The notes under the pieces were generated by a model. It saw nothing but the letters and a program-made list of their open reading frames with translations. It did no database searches and had not been told where the DNA came from. The position numbers and the translations under genes are program-made. Shown here piece by piece: positions 23,372 through 38,206 of a DNA stretch of 64,000 bases. Each line of letters starts with the position of its first letter. Positions within the stretch are counted from its first letter, which is position 1. Origin of the DNA: Octopus sinensis (lineage: Eukaryota); contig NC_042999.1 in the NCBI RefSeq assembly GCF_006345805.1, forward strand, positions 94,798,001 through 94,862,000. The letters are read 5' to 3'.

Positions 23372-23504
23372 GAGAGAGAGAGAGATAGATAGATGTACAT
23401 ATAATATACATATATATATATAGATAGATAGATAGATGTACATATAATATAATATACATATATAGATAGATAGATAGATAGATAGATAGATGTACATATA
23501 ATAT

Positions 23505-23536
<32 letters not shown>

Positions 23537-23600
23537 AGATGTACATATAATATACATATATATATAGATAGATAGATAGATGTACATATAATATACACAT

Positions 23601-23638
<38 letters not shown>

Positions 23639-23817
23639 GTACATATAATATACACATATAGATAGATAGATAGATAGATGTACATATAATATACACATAT
23701 ATATAGATAGATAGATAGATGTACATATAATATACACATATATATAGATAGATAGATAGATGTACATATAATATACATATATATATATATCCATGCATGT
23801 ATTTATATGTGTGTATA

Positions 23818-23860
<43 letters not shown>

Positions 23861-23963
23861 TCATATATTGATATATAAATATGTATGTATGTATGTATAT
23901 ATATATATGTGTGTGTATATATATATATAATATATATATTATATATATATATATATTATATAT

Positions 23964-23995
<32 letters not shown>

Positions 23996-23998
23996 ATA

Positions 23999-24060
<62 letters not shown>
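23340..24060. repeat. Composite minisatellite: 9 units of GTACATATAATATAC(A)-(TA)n-(GATA)n, then (TA)n/(GT)n tracts
   Basis: GTACATATA recurs 9 times between ~23394 and ~23770. Confidence 0.9.
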
Positions 24061-24062
<2 letters not shown>

Positions 24063-25605
24063 ACTTAGATATGTTTCGACCAAAGATTGGTCCAGGTCAT
24101 GTCCAACTTAATAGCACCACCTTATAAGATTATCTAAATCCTGCCTGTTTAAGTCAAATTTTGTTTATGGTCCATTCGAGCAGTGAGTTCTTGTTGAGTG
24201 AGTTATATCCAGGTATGAGTGGCTTATCCGGTATTCCTTGAAGAAATCTGTCCACACTCTGTTTAATGTTGATGGGATCCTTTTCCTCTTTGATCTGTTT
24301 CGGGACAATGTTAAACAGGGCAGCGCCTGTTGAGGAAAAGAAATTGTGTTGCAGTGTACCTATATGCTGTGATCCTGAATTGGGCAGGGGACGTATGGCC
24401 CGTGGTCCCAGCCTTGGATGAACCTTGAAATTAATGTTCAGGTCGTTTGGGTAAAGTTGGCGGTATATTCTCCATATCGTACAAATGATATACCGCTCGA
24501 GGCGGCGCTGGAGAGAGTAGAGTTCCAAGGCTTTAAGGCGGTCCCAATAATCGAGAGCAGTCATGCCTTCAATTCGTTTAGTGAGTGCCCTCTGCGGTGA
24601 CTCAATACTCCAGATGTTTTGTCTTGTATGGGGAGACCACAGTGGGCAGCAGTATTCGAGTTGTGGCCGTACAAAGGAGGAGAAAAGTGGTATGATGACA
24701 CCTTGTTCTCTAGACCGGAAGGTTCTTAAGATCCAGGAGCCCATCCTACGAGCTATATCGACCTTATTGTTGATGTGGGCACTTCAACTGAGATTGTCAT
24801 CAACAATTACGCCCAGGTCTCTGATATTGTTAGAGGCTGTGAGCGGTTCCCCTGAAGGAAGAGAGTATGGCTGTTTTAGTGTGGACTTTCTTCCAAAATG
24901 CATCAGCTCAAATTTTCCCTCGTTCAGTTGCATTTTGTTTTTGTCTGCCCATTGACATCATATAGATTAGAGTGGAGTTGAGTTCGGTCTGCGTCTTCAT
25001 TGATGATTTGATGGAGCTTAGTGTCAACAGCAAATATTTTCACTTTCCAGTGATGTACGACACTGGAAAGGTCATTTATGTAAATTATAAAGAGGAGCGG
25101 GCCCAAGACAGTCCCGTGAGGGACACCGCTGGTGACTTTTGCTGGGCTTGAGTGGACTCCATCGGCTACAACATGTTATGTTCTATTCGGCAGGAAATAC
25201 TTAATCCAGGGTAGAAGTTTTCCACGGATTCCAACATTTGCTAATTTTGAGAGTAGGATATTATGCTCAACCCTGTCGAACGCTTTACTGAAGTCAAGAT
25301 ATATGACATCAGAGTTCGAACCTGTTTCCAAGGCTTTAAGTATATCTTCAATGTGGTGTAAGAGCTGTGTTAGACAATCCCTGCCACAACAAAAGCCATG
25401 CTAATTTGCATTTAGGAGTTTGTGGGCCTCCAGGAAGTCAGCTATCCTTGATATTAACACTTTCAAACACTTTAATGATGTGGGAGGTGAGTGAGATTGG
25501 GTGATAGTTGACAGCGAGATATCTGTTTCCCTGTTTGAAAACCGGGATGACAGACTGCGATAGAAGCTATTTCGGTATATAACCTGAGTCTAAAGAATTC
25601 AGGTT
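24061..25605 (-). mobile_element. 5'-truncated, frameshifted CR1/L2-group LINE (RT domain and 3' UTR)
   Basis: PVFKQG..NYHPISLTS, DVIYLDFSKAFDRV, SGVPHGTVLGPLLFIIYINDL, KIFAVDTKL (degenerate FADD), VRPQLEYCCPLWSP, LYSLQRRLERY. The 3' end abuts (TA)n. Confidence 0.9.
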
Positions 25606-28600
25606 GTAAAAATTTTCAAAATAATAAAAAATTAATAACAATAAAAAAAATTGCAAGTTACTGTTTCACCCTAGGTTAAAACTGTTCTACGACTATGATC
25701 AAAGTAATGCCAGCTGTGACTACAACTTTTTATATGCTGTGTCTTGGAATATGCTATTATATAGTGTGCGGTTTTTAAATGGTTAAATAGGATTTGTGTT
25801 TTCAGAAAATTGAATTCTGTCCCATAGCGGTCCCATGTTAAGTCGAAAATCAAAAGCTTTTTCTGGCTGAATCTGAAGGAATGGGCAGTTCCCATGGTCT
25901 TCATCAGCCCTATGAGTCCACGGCGATTCATATCATTAATGTTCTTGAATCATTGCAAATGAACGACTTCTTAAATGGGCATGATATTCTGGGAAAGAAT
26001 GATAAACTGTAATGATTAATACGTAATCTAAGGTGTAATATACAATAAGGGTGGTGAGAGGACATGACATGGGTTCAGAAACATTCGAAAAGCAGTGATT
26101 ATTAAATTATATTCAGAAAAAGTTGTGGCTGGATTATGTCTGTGAGTGACTTTATACCAGTTAGCAGGGGGACTCTTTTTAGATGCGCTCAAATATGTTA
26201 CTATGTGCAGCAGAGACGCCAATCCATATGTTAGAGCAAAGCTTCATACTGGTCCTCAGCTAGCTATGTCCAGTGTCAATAATTGTTGGAATATGAAGTA
26301 ACATCACACTCTGAAACGAGAGTCAGTTATTGGGATGAAATATTAACTATGCTAAGTCTGATCTTTTTATTTTCCATATGAGATGTCGTATTGTGATAGT
26401 AAGACCTTACATTTGAGTCGCTTTTTAAGTCTCTAGCGGCGTACTCCGCATGAGCCCATAAATTTAGACATGAGAGGTGTCTGTGTTTATTTGCTATTGA
26501 ACGGACAAGATTAGCATATCCTCATTGAATGATGCCTTCAATGTCTCGCTTCATGCAGTTGATGTGTGTTTGTTAAGGTTGTGAGGGCACGATGCATGAA
26601 TGGGAATTCAACCATAAATCTTACTATATAAGTTCTTAGTCCTTCAGAACAGGATTAATAACATCATTACTCATAACTATATATATATAAGGGTGGTGAA
26701 TTATGTAGGGTGCAGTATCTAAAACTATTTTAAACTGACATATGTGCCATGATCGTTGATCTATCAAATCGAGAACTTCAGATTTGTTCAAGAGTGATAT
26801 TAACTTTACAACTAAATTACATCGCAATTATCTCTAAAAATCGTTTCACTTTTCCAATCACCGATATTGTTTTAATCAAATAAACCAGATTCTTTTAGAG
26901 ATTTCGGGAATCAATAACGTTTTTGTCGGCATGGTGAAATGTACAAATCTACAGAGCTACCAAATAAAATGACTAAGAATTTGCAATATATTTTATAAAT
27001 TTTATTTTAAAATAGTATAATACCCAAACAAATTGATCCTATACACAATTAGATTGAATAAATTCTACTTTCGCTAAAACGAGAATGATTTAAGACTCTT
27101 AACATTTCATGAAGCTCCTACAATAAATTGACATTAAAATCAATAGTTTCTGTCTCCTTTGGGAGTTATAGCACAGGAAGGAAACCTTGTAGGTTTGTTA
27201 TTTAGTAAGGGAAAAGTGCAAGGTATATAAAATCGGAAATAGATTTAGTTTTCTCTCTCTCAGAGTTGTGATATGTCATTTACAAGACAGAACTCTAGAA
27301 TTAACAGCCATTTGCCTCTTGCAAACTTGTTCGTCACACTTTCAGAAGTACAGACAACATTTTCTGATACGCACATGGATACTAAAAATGTAGAAGCACA
27401 CTTAACCGCATACGGAAATATACAAATATGTATATTTACAAAGACACCCCACAGGTGTGATCTGCATAAATAAGCATGCATCAGACATATATTATATGTG
27501 TAAGTCTTTGTGAATGTTTTGATATGAAAGAATATAAGTTATCAGACGGAAATTTTAAGAGAAAATGCTCAAAATCTATATTTTAGATCTTCAGCAAATG
27601 TCATACAACATATAACAACATCAGCAATACTACCGGTGGCGAAAGCAGTCATAACTCTAGAAGCAGCAGATGCAGCATTCACTTAACTAGCAGCCCAATG
27701 TGATGATACGTTAGCTAGCATATGATTAACCTTTATTTATTCAAGACGGAACTGATTAATGAAAGCGAATAACATAAACTAGTTATCAAATCTGAAGCAG
27801 CGTTAGATGAATTAATAACTATAACAGTACATGATGATGATCGAAAAATATGTGAAGCACACACACACATGTATATATCAAAGTAACGTCGCTTAGAGTT
27901 TTAAATACTAGCACGCTCTGATGTTTAAAATAAATGTAATGATCATCTGTTTAAACTTGTATAGAGACATATGTATGTATGTATATATATAGTTTATATA
28001 TAGCGTGCATATTATATATGTGTGTGTGTGTGTGCGTACTTCATTATCACGTATTCAAACGCTCCAGAAGTACACACAGACGCTTAGTCATTAAAAAATA
28101 CAGCATACACAAACATACTCACACATTCACACTGACATTGAGACACATAGAGTACTATATATATTGCAAGTAAGATGTTTTATCAGTAGTTATTTTATAG
28201 GTAGCGATAGAATTAATTTATCTAAGGAACAAAGATGAAAATCAATTTCGTCAATCCAATATTCTGCAAATTTTCTTCGGAACTGTGCTTTACTTCTTAA
28301 AATATGTGTAATTAGAAGACTAAAGCGTAACTAGTAAGAAATCACATTTTTCGCTTCACCAAGATATATATATGATACTATGTTAATATGAATAAAATCA
28401 TCGTCGGGTGTATACTTTATAATGTGCACTCACTTAGAGATTAACTACATATTATAATGCCAACAATATTTCGAAGTAACTACACAATGCATCTAGCATT
28501 AAATAAAATCACTATTGCAGAATTATCATACTGACATATATCTCCACGATTAGACACATGCATATTTCCATACATTTACGTACATTTATTTGGATGATGC

Positions 28601-29464
28601 TAACATTGATATGAAATTTCACCAGTCTCTGTCTCGTGAGCATCAATCATGTCTTGTTTAGAAGATTATGTTTTTCCAGACCAAGTGTATAAGATAAATT
28701 CAACATACCTATAAAAAAATGCAACAGTGAATCTCTGGAACAACAAGTTGCAACCAACGAAAAAAAAAATATCGATTATATCTAGTTTCTATAGAAAATA
28801 TTGCACATGTGATCAGCAGCTGATCACGAGTGCAATATTAGCGTACTACTGTCTAATGCGACGCCATGACTTTGCTTAAATATTATACAATGAAATCATT
28901 TAAAATTCTTAATATAAATATAGAAAATACCACAGCTGGTCAAGCCATAGACATATACCAAAGGTTGGGATATTTGTCAAACATTCACATAAAACCATTC
29001 GGCAAAAGAAAAAGTAATATGTTTTACACTTTTGGTAAGGAGGAAAAATGAGAATAATGTGAAGGTTTGAGGCTCAGCGTTCTTGCTGATATAAAACAAT
29101 TTCCTTGATAATCACAGAAGAGGAGAATATTTACGAACAACAATTTTCGAACAGCTAGCTACTATACCTGTATTAATAATTGACATTTGTTGTAATAACT
29201 ATTTGTGCTGTTGGGCGAGTTCTTATATGATAAAATGGCACTAGTTTCGTGTTTAACGGGAAGAAAGCGACCTCTTTACACACGCTTTACAAAGAGACTT
29301 CTAGTGGAAAAGTTAACATTTAGAAGCTCTGAGGTCGCACATCTAAATGTACTTTTCGCTGTCCAAATACCAGCGATTAATCTCGCTTTTCCATTAATTA
29401 GAAAATGCCTTTACTTAATTAAAAATGAAATACAATATATAAGCGTGCATAACAATATAAGAGC

Positions 29465-29493
29465 ATATATATATATATATATTTATGCATACA

Positions 29494-29536
<43 letters not shown>

Positions 29537-29677
29537 GATTATATATATATACATATAGATTATATATATATATATATACATATAGATTATATATATATAT
29601 ATACATATAGATTATATATATATATATACATATAGATTATATATATATATATATACATATAGATTATATATATATAT

Positions 29678-29722
<45 letters not shown>

Positions 29723-29723
29723 G

Positions 29724-29769
<46 letters not shown>

Positions 29770-29825
29770 TTATATACATACACATACACACACACACACA
29801 CATATTCATATATATATATATATAG
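29465..29825. repeat. (TA)n tract containing 7 CATATAGATT(AT)n units
   Basis: CATATAGATT at ~29531, 29552, 29579, 29604, 29629, 29656 and 29717. Confidence 0.9.
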
Positions 29826-30574
29826 TTCTGTATGTGTCCGTATCGCATTTCTTTTTTAATTAATTGCATTATCGTCATCAAGAAGTTATTTTCTAACTAA
29901 TAAATAGGAATTCATCACCGGAAGTTGAATAGCGATATCACCACGTAGGATTCTTCTTTTATGGTCACTGTGGACACTGATAGCAATAAATATCCTGACG
30001 TCATGCGTGTAACTAAATCTGAGAGCTATCTTAGATGGTGTGTATACCTCTTGATTTTTATATCTATATTACTTGAAAATCGTTATTTTCCAAAGTCGTT
30101 GCCGATATGAAGCGGTTAAAGCAATATTGGCATAAAATATATCCAAATTTAAACCAATTTATTGCTACTGAATTTCAAATATGATTACCCCTTCTGGACT
30201 TGAACAAATTATTATATATATATATCACAGACTTCGTCACCGATTTTGTGCTATATTCATTTAGTGGTCTCAGCCATTTCTCTGTAGTCAGTATACATGC
30301 TAGGGCATCGACTTCAAACTTTCAGCTAATGCCATCCGCTCAAGTATGCGTTTCAATCTTTATCGAACAGTTAATCAAACGATTTTATATAATGGGACAC
30401 ACCACTGTTTCAGAGAGGTTAATATAATTAGACATAAGAATGTAAAAGCACATATGGGAGTGTATGCCTATGGGTTTGTACATAATTGTATGCATATGTC
30501 GAAATGTATGTGAGTGTGTGTGTGTGTATGTATGTATGCATGCACGCATGTATTATGATACAGACATGGATGCA

Positions 30575-30705
30575 TGTTAAGAAGTTTGCTTCTGAACCAT
30601 AGTCTTACTGCGTAGTGCCATGAGCATGTGTCTCTTACTATAGCCCCGAGGCGGCCAAATCTTTGGACTAGATTTCATAGACGGAATCTGAAAGAAGCTC
30701 GTCAT
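30575..30705 (+). mobile_element. Degenerate tRNA-derived SINE head/core
   Basis: CTATAGCCCCGAGGCGGCCAAA...TAGACGGAATCTGAAAGAAGCTCGTC followed by (GT)n; same family as 6756-6895. Confidence 0.65.
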
Positions 30706-31007
30706 GTGTGTGTGCGTGTGTCTGTGTGCGTATGCACGCGTGTGTGTATGTGTGTGTCTTTGTGTTTGTGTGTATGTACGTGAGCACGCGCGTGTGTTTG
30801 TATCTTTGTCACCACTATTGCTTAACAACCAGTTTTCATGTGTTTTCATCCACGTTACCTAGCGGTTTAGTTAAAGGGAATGATAGAATAAGAATGGCTC
30901 TTAGAAAAACAATTAAGAATGAGGTCGATTCGTTCGACTAAAATTATCCAAGGTGTTACACCAACATGACAGCAATCTAATAACTGAAACAAGTAAGAGA
31001 TGAAAAT

Positions 31008-31139
<132 letters not shown>

Positions 31140-31497
31140 CGAATATTTGAATATTCATTCTTAATATGTCTAGATAAGTTCCGACGTAAAACATGTTAGT
31201 CGTTGTAATGTACGTTACAGGTGAATAGTTTCTCCTTTTTACAGCGACAATGTGCTCAGCATACTTGAACACTTTTAGGTTAGTAGCTCAAAGTATAATC
31301 GAATCTATCAGCTTGATCTAGGCTCTAACAGAAAAAGCTACCACGGTGCTATTAATAGTTAAGTAGGGGTGGTTTGAGGATACATTGTTATATTGCAGGG
31401 TTTGGTTCGGTTTCCTATACGGATAGTAGAGCCCATTATGTAAGTCTAATGTAACGTCAAGAAAATAAGTTACCTTAGGGTTGATATCAAAAATGAT

Positions 31498-31545
31498 ATC
31501 TTACAGCTGTTTGCGAGATATTTATTACATCCCTTCATCGGAGAC
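31498..31545 (-). ncRNA. Degenerate, probably inactive hammerhead copy
   Basis: Inverted copy of 31667-31714 with core changes CUGAUGA>CCGAUGA and GAAA>CAAA. Confidence 0.5.
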
Positions 31546-31666
31546 GGTGTGAGAAGATGATTAATTAATAATTAATTTAGATAAGATATGAAATAGAGAG
31601 TGAAGTAGAGGAACGAAAATAGATATCTTCTCTAAATTTCCTATTACTAAACCATCTTATCAAACC

Positions 31667-31714
31667 GTCTCTGATGAAGGGATATAATAAATATCCCGGA
31701 AACAGCTGTAAGAC
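31667..31714 (+). ncRNA. Minimal type I hammerhead ribozyme
   Basis: GUCU CUGAUGA A GGGAUAU-AAUAA-AUAUCCC G GAAA CAGCUG UA AGAC. Stem I GUCU/AGAC, 7-bp stem II, palindromic loopless stem III ACAGCUGU, GUA triplet. Confidence 0.8.
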
Positions 31715-31929
31715 CTATTTATAAATGTTCTAAAATCTTCACAGCCTTGGTTTTTTATCATTCTGAAAACAAATTCTTTATATATACACATGCTGATATA
31801 TGACCTACGTTGAACTCATTATTCGCATAATCACCGAATCTGGAGCTTAACTATGGTCTATCCATAGCACTTACTCAGCATTACCTGACACCTTTGGATC
31901 TTATTGACACCATTACCTCTCATAACCTC

Positions 31930-31949
31930 TCTCTCTCTCTCTATATATA

Positions 31950-31990
<41 letters not shown>

Positions 31991-32234
31991 GTGTGTGTGT
32001 GTGTGTGTGTATGTGTATAAATATATATATGTGGTGTGTGTGTGTGTGTGTATGTGTATAAATATATATATATGTGTGTGTGTGTATGTATGTGTATAAA
32101 TATATATATATGTGTGTGTGTGTATGTATGTGTATAAATATATATATGTGTGTGTGTGTGTGTATGTGTATAAATATATATATATGTGTGTATGTGTGTG
32201 TATGTGTATAAATATATATATATGTGTGTGTGTA

Positions 32235-32280
<46 letters not shown>

Positions 32281-32303
32281 TGTATGTGTATAAATATATA
32301 TAT
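31930..32303. repeat. Composite (CT)n/(TA)n/(GT)n array with a recurrent ATGTGTATAAATATATA unit
   Basis: Direct inspection. Confidence 0.9.
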
Positions 32304-33350
32304 CTTTGTGAGATTAGTAGATTCAGAAGCACTTTGCTATTGGATAGTAAAAAGTCGAAGGCTGCTCGTGCGAATCGAACCCACATATCCTGTAGACATC
32401 TTTGTCTATCTATTTTCAAAGCACTATTCTTACCAGCGAGAATTGCATGCATTTGACATCTTAAGAATTTATGAATTTTCTAAAGAGTGTGAAATAATTC
32501 TGTTTGGAACAGTTGACCTCGAGGTACTGAGAGCTATAAATATGATGCAGTTCTACTTTTGCTCAAAACATTTAATTGCACACTCTACTGGTTATGCCCC
32601 CGGTAATCTTTAGGATTCATACTTCCATAACGTTTTAAAGACAACGATACGCCGCTCTCAAAGTTAAAACTTGTGTTTTATCTATATATATATAAAATTA
32701 TAACAAAAACCTAATAGCAAATATTTGCTATATTTTATTCATTATTCATTTTTACAAGTGAGCTTTGTCGAATACCTCAAAATGCTGTTTATGCTAAACA
32801 TATTTAAGCAATAAAAACATATCAGCATATTGCTTGTTTTTGTAATTTGTTTTTGTTGCTTTTTGTCTGCTCAAATAATATGAAAAGAATAGACATTAAT
32901 TAGTGGAAACTAAAATCAGAAGCAACTACTGTTTATGAAGCCGTTGGCCATTGTCAAATGTGAAACATTTTAAGAGGTTAAAAAAGTGAGATACACCATT
33001 TGCATAATATTATTCATCAGAAATACATTCCTGCCAGGAAATCGTCATTATTTCTTATACAAATCAAGCGTAGCTTAGAGTGGGTGATATTTATTTGTTC
33101 GTTGGCTATAGGGGGAAATAACTTAAGTAACTTTGATGTTTAAGAAGATAATAGATATTGCCTGTTAATGTCCTCTTCTATGTAAATGAGATTAGAATTA
33201 TGTACAACGTAAAATAAACACACGCGCACATAGCTGCATATATATGTGAGTGTATACATATGCGCACATCCTTGAAACAACATCTCTTCGTTCTAAAACA
33301 AATCAGATGTAAACATACATATATAATATATATAGATATATGTATATAGA

Positions 33351-33418
<68 letters not shown>

Positions 33419-33444
33419 AATATCTATATGTATTCATATATATA

Positions 33445-33494
<50 letters not shown>

Positions 33495-34748
33495 ATATTC
33501 GTATGCATGAACATATAAATAAGTAAATGTATACATATATGCGTGTGTGTAATATATATGTAAATATATATAAATATATATACGTACGTTGGAGTATACA
33601 TATACATCTGTACGTGTGTCTAATCATGTAATATGTATGTGTGTATCTGAGTGCGCGCGCGTGAGCGTGGGTGTGCGAAGCGGACGCAGGCAATATGACA
33701 CTTAGAGATACCTACGTATAGTTTCAATGCTTCCAACTGTGTGCTAAAGCAGATTTTCAATATATTCAATTTCTATACTGAAAGACCTATTTTGAGTCTC
33801 TTTATTTATTCGAATACATTTTCTGTTTTAGAGGCATCATAGCCATCATTATCCCCATAATCTTCTTTTCCACCTCCTGCTCTTCCTTCTCCACCTTCTT
33901 CTCCTTCTTTTTCGCGCCTTCACCTCTCATCTTGTTCTTATTCTTATTTTCCCCTTAGCTTCTTCAACACCACTAGTTTCGCAACCATTAGTATTATCAC
34001 AGACGTAACTATTCCGGTGTTATATTTAATAGTATTACTATTAGTATTATTAATATTATACCTGTTTTGTGCTGTTGCTATTTCTATTGTTGTTATTGAC
34101 CTTGCTATTTCTTTACAGGGTGACGTGGATAATGTTTTTAAATATAAATATACATATAGTTGTGATGTTCATGTCTTCTCTATGGATAGTATGTATTAAA
34201 ATTTTGTAATATGAAAGGGAAAGTTAGTAACTTGTCTGAATTCATCCAAGATCTCTGCTCCTATACCTAATATATTCACCTAAATAAGTATACTAAAAAA
34301 AATTATACATTAAAACGAGCGTGTGGGTGTTTAGCTAAATATGGTCGATGGAGTATACATACGTGACGTTTCTCGTTTAAATATAAGCATAGAAAGATAA
34401 GTATACGTATTTTTACATATTTGCACCTAAACATGCTATATAAAACAACGTATGACTATAATATTGCATTGTATTTCATGCATGTAACCGTTGATGAAAT
34501 GTGCGGCATGATTATGCTTACGAACACCCGCTTCTTTCTATATACTTCTGAACATTATACATAAATTTATTTCACATTGCCTCACTACTATCTAGTTTCT
34601 GAAAATTAACGTCATATCGCCAGGAAAGTGTAGCATGCGATACACCAACTCCGTGTTCACTGGTGCTGACTGGGTTGCGCACACTATTTTTGTCTCACAC
34701 AAATAAATATACGCGTTTGTTTATGTTGTAGGTGAGCGTGTATATATA

Positions 34749-34790
<42 letters not shown>

Positions 34791-36044
34791 ATATATATAT
34801 ATTTCTGAGTGTACACAATTGTGTGTATTACGAAGATTATATATTCGTAAACAACATTTTGTTTAGTTGTTTAAGACTGTATTTACACGAGCATCCACGT
34901 GCGACATGAAAGCCATGAAATATAATCTATTTATTTCACCTGTTTGATAGAAATAACCAATAATCAAAAGAGTTTATGAGTTGGTAAACTGAACTAGAGA
35001 CTCATTTAAGACAACAACTTTTGATATATCTTTATTATTTATTTATATATTGTATTATTTTGCTTGACATCCAGAACGACATCAAGCAATGTGCAACTTC
35101 ATGAAAGGAGTCGTTATACACCATCGTTGCAGCTAAAGATGAGAATTGTATTTGAATCTAGAGGATCAAAGCAATATATGTTGTAAAATCGAATTCTTTG
35201 AAAACTGGAAACGAAAAGAAGAAAATAGCGTATATATTAGTTTATGGATACTTTGAAATCATGAGATTGTCAATTGATGTTGCTTAGAAATAGTGAACGG
35301 TCCCTGAATTGAACAAACATCTATTGAATCTTACATATATTTGTAAATTTTCTTTTCTAAGTCATCATGAAAGGGAATTTTTTTGTCAAAATCTATCATC
35401 ATTTTTCTGCTGGAGAACTACCTTCATGTGTCTCAGTTTTTCTCTTCGCCTAATTTGCAACGCCTTCATATACAAATTTTTTATGTAATTCAAGCTCCTC
35501 TGAGTGATAATATACTTTAATCCTCTCCCGAATAATTGCTTTGATAGACAGTTCATTCTTTACAATACGCAGTGTTCTTTTTTCTTCAGTCACATTACTA
35601 ATTGCCTGTTTTTGGTGAATATGCTCCTTTTGAAGTGAAAAGACGAAAAACAACGTTCATATATGTGCTTTCAGCGTGCTCGAATATGTTTTCAATTTGT
35701 CGACGCATTCACTGTCTCCAACTGATGATGACAGTTTTAAACATCCGATTTCAGCTAATTCCCTCAACCTTCCTAATATTAAGAAAAATGATTATCATCG
35801 AAAATACGATGCTTGACTCATTCCTATTAAGAATTTTTACATCAAGTCGAAGCGCCTTAATTTATTATCCCTTACGAAAGATGGTGTATGACACGTATAC
35901 ACATACTAAAGAGAAATATTTATGTATTAATACAACATCGGTAGAATATTCAACAATTTACATAACATAGTTCTTTTGTCTGTCGAAATATTTTTACCAT
36001 TCTGCTTCTTTATATATATATATATTATATATATATATATATAT

Positions 36045-36117
<73 letters not shown>

Positions 36118-37076
36118 CCCAGCGATGTTTCCTCCTCTAGTATCAAAATATACTTAATGTATTTATTGTTGTAGTTAGGAAGCAATTTATATAACCAAAG
36201 AACCCAACTGTGAAGTGAAGGGGTCATCTAGAACTGTAATCGATGAAATAGCAAAATATATTTTAATGGAATTAGATGCAAGGTAAAATATTAAAAAAGA
36301 AATATTCATAATAAAAGAAACTCAATTTTAGCGTGATGTAAAGAATTTTATGTTCACACACACACACATATGTATAGGAAAAATTGTAAAATGGAAAGTT
36401 TCAAGCTGTTGCAAATTATACTAAATACCAATTTCCAATAAAGACGGAAGAACTATAACGTTGGCAACTTTATAAAGTATGTTAACGAACCCTGTGATGA
36501 ACTGTAATTGTTTGCAAGTTTTTAGAGAAATACATTATTTAGAACTCAGTAAGATTACTAATAGGCAAATTGAGAAGAAAATCAATTTTATTTGCTGTTT
36601 GATTTTCTTTAATGCATTTATCATATTTTGCTCTTAGCATTCATCATTGTTTCTTGACTGATATGAAGTTAAATTGTAGCACACATAATAGAAAATATTT
36701 CAGACAGAAACACAGCTGAACGTTTAGTTAAATTACCTGTATGAGACCAATACTAACCTCTTCCTGGCGGGGGATGGGTGTATGTTGGTATGTATGTATC
36801 GATTAATTCATGATTTTATTTTCTAAGACAAGGCCACTGTCAATTAACATCGTGTATAATGCTGAAATACAATGTATTATGTGTTTGGAGATGAGAACAA
36901 CTTAACATTAAAAAAAAACATTCTTAATGAACCCCATGAGAACCCCACAATATTTTATTCTTGAAAATATTTGGTTTAAGTTCTAACTAGAACTGTGCAT
37001 CTTAAAATCATCTCGCCTGTCTCCATATCAGAGATTATAAAGTAGTAAGCTCACGATAACTCTGCATATATATATA

Positions 37077-37195
37077 TCACCGTGATCACCGTGACCGACC
37101 TAGCTATCACATGTTGCTACACATCGCTGGTCACAATGCGTTTCGCATTGTTTTAGCCTTTAAACGACGCCACCCCGCTGGCTAAGCGAGCAGGC

Positions 37196-37196
<1 letters not shown>
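37077..37196 (-). mobile_element. 3' tail-only copy of the SINE at 59082-59375
   Basis: ACATCGCTGGTCACAATGCG..TTAGCCTT..GACGCCACCCCGCTGGCTAAGCGAGCAGGCC; flanked by (TA)n. Confidence 0.8.
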
Positions 37197-37240
<44 letters not shown>

Positions 37241-37269
37241 GTGTGTGTGTGTGTGTTATGTATATGTGC

Positions 37270-37315
<46 letters not shown>

Positions 37316-38133
37316 ATAATAAATGTAAATGCATTAAATACTATAAAATGTACACGTAGGAGACACACAAGGACCCCAATTCTTCATCAGTTATCGACCA
37401 AAGATACTAATATCAGTTTCGTGCCTTTAACGATAAGACTGAAAACATCGTGTATCGGCGGCACTCGCAAAAGTTGCGGAAAATTAGGGCTCGAACAAAC
37501 AAGAGAATATGGGGTGGGCGTACGAAAGTAAACAAATGCAATTTGGAGACGATAGACGAAGGCACAATAACTACAGCTTTTCGGCCAAACACAAGAATGA
37601 TGGGTAACGCCTAGAAGAAATCGTCAATGGGTATAAGAAGAGAAAATGTTGACCAGCGGGCTATGTGTCGAGTGGTGAAAAGCCAGAGATGGGAAAATTA
37701 GTCAAGTGTCACGTGTGGGCAGTAGACAGACGGGAAGGAGGATGAGAAGAGGGGTAGAGAGAGAGAGATCAGGGGAAGGAAGGGAGAAAGTCTACAATTA
37801 AGAGTGAGAAGACGAGTGGGAGAGAGGAAGTAGGGATATTTGAAAAGGAATAGGACGACGAGAGAGAAAGAAAGAAGATGGAGTCGCAAAAAAATATAAA
37901 AACATACTGCTGTATAAATAAATACACATACATATATTCATACATACACACACGCCCGCGCGCGCGCACACACACACACACACACACATATGCACCACGA
38001 AGGCTCCACTTCGAAGTCACTATTACCTCACGCGTACAAGTTAGATAAACTTGTACTCTAAAAAGTTGTGTAAGGTTTCAGTCTAATGTTAAATAGCTTT
38101 TGTATGTACCTGTACATAGAAGCAAACATTAAG

Positions 38134-38164
<31 letters not shown>

Positions 38165-38165
38165 A

Positions 38166-38206
<41 letters not shown>

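Larger units (their letters stand above)
31141..31780. mobile_element. Remnant of another PLE family: minus-strand RT fragment plus an inverted pair of hammerhead segments
   Basis: Minus-strand translation of ~31320-31490 gives YFLDVTLDLHNGLYYPYRKPNQTLQYNNVSSNHP (PLE FLDV/RKP/SNHP region). 31499-31559 and 31653-31713 are inverted repeats with 6 mismatches in 61 nt. Confidence 0.75.

Noticed and set aside
35340-35970. Protein-like minus and plus frames (e.g. KAIIRERIKVYYHSEELELHKKF)
   Set aside because: They need frameshifts to extend, show no motif and have no coherent splice structure.
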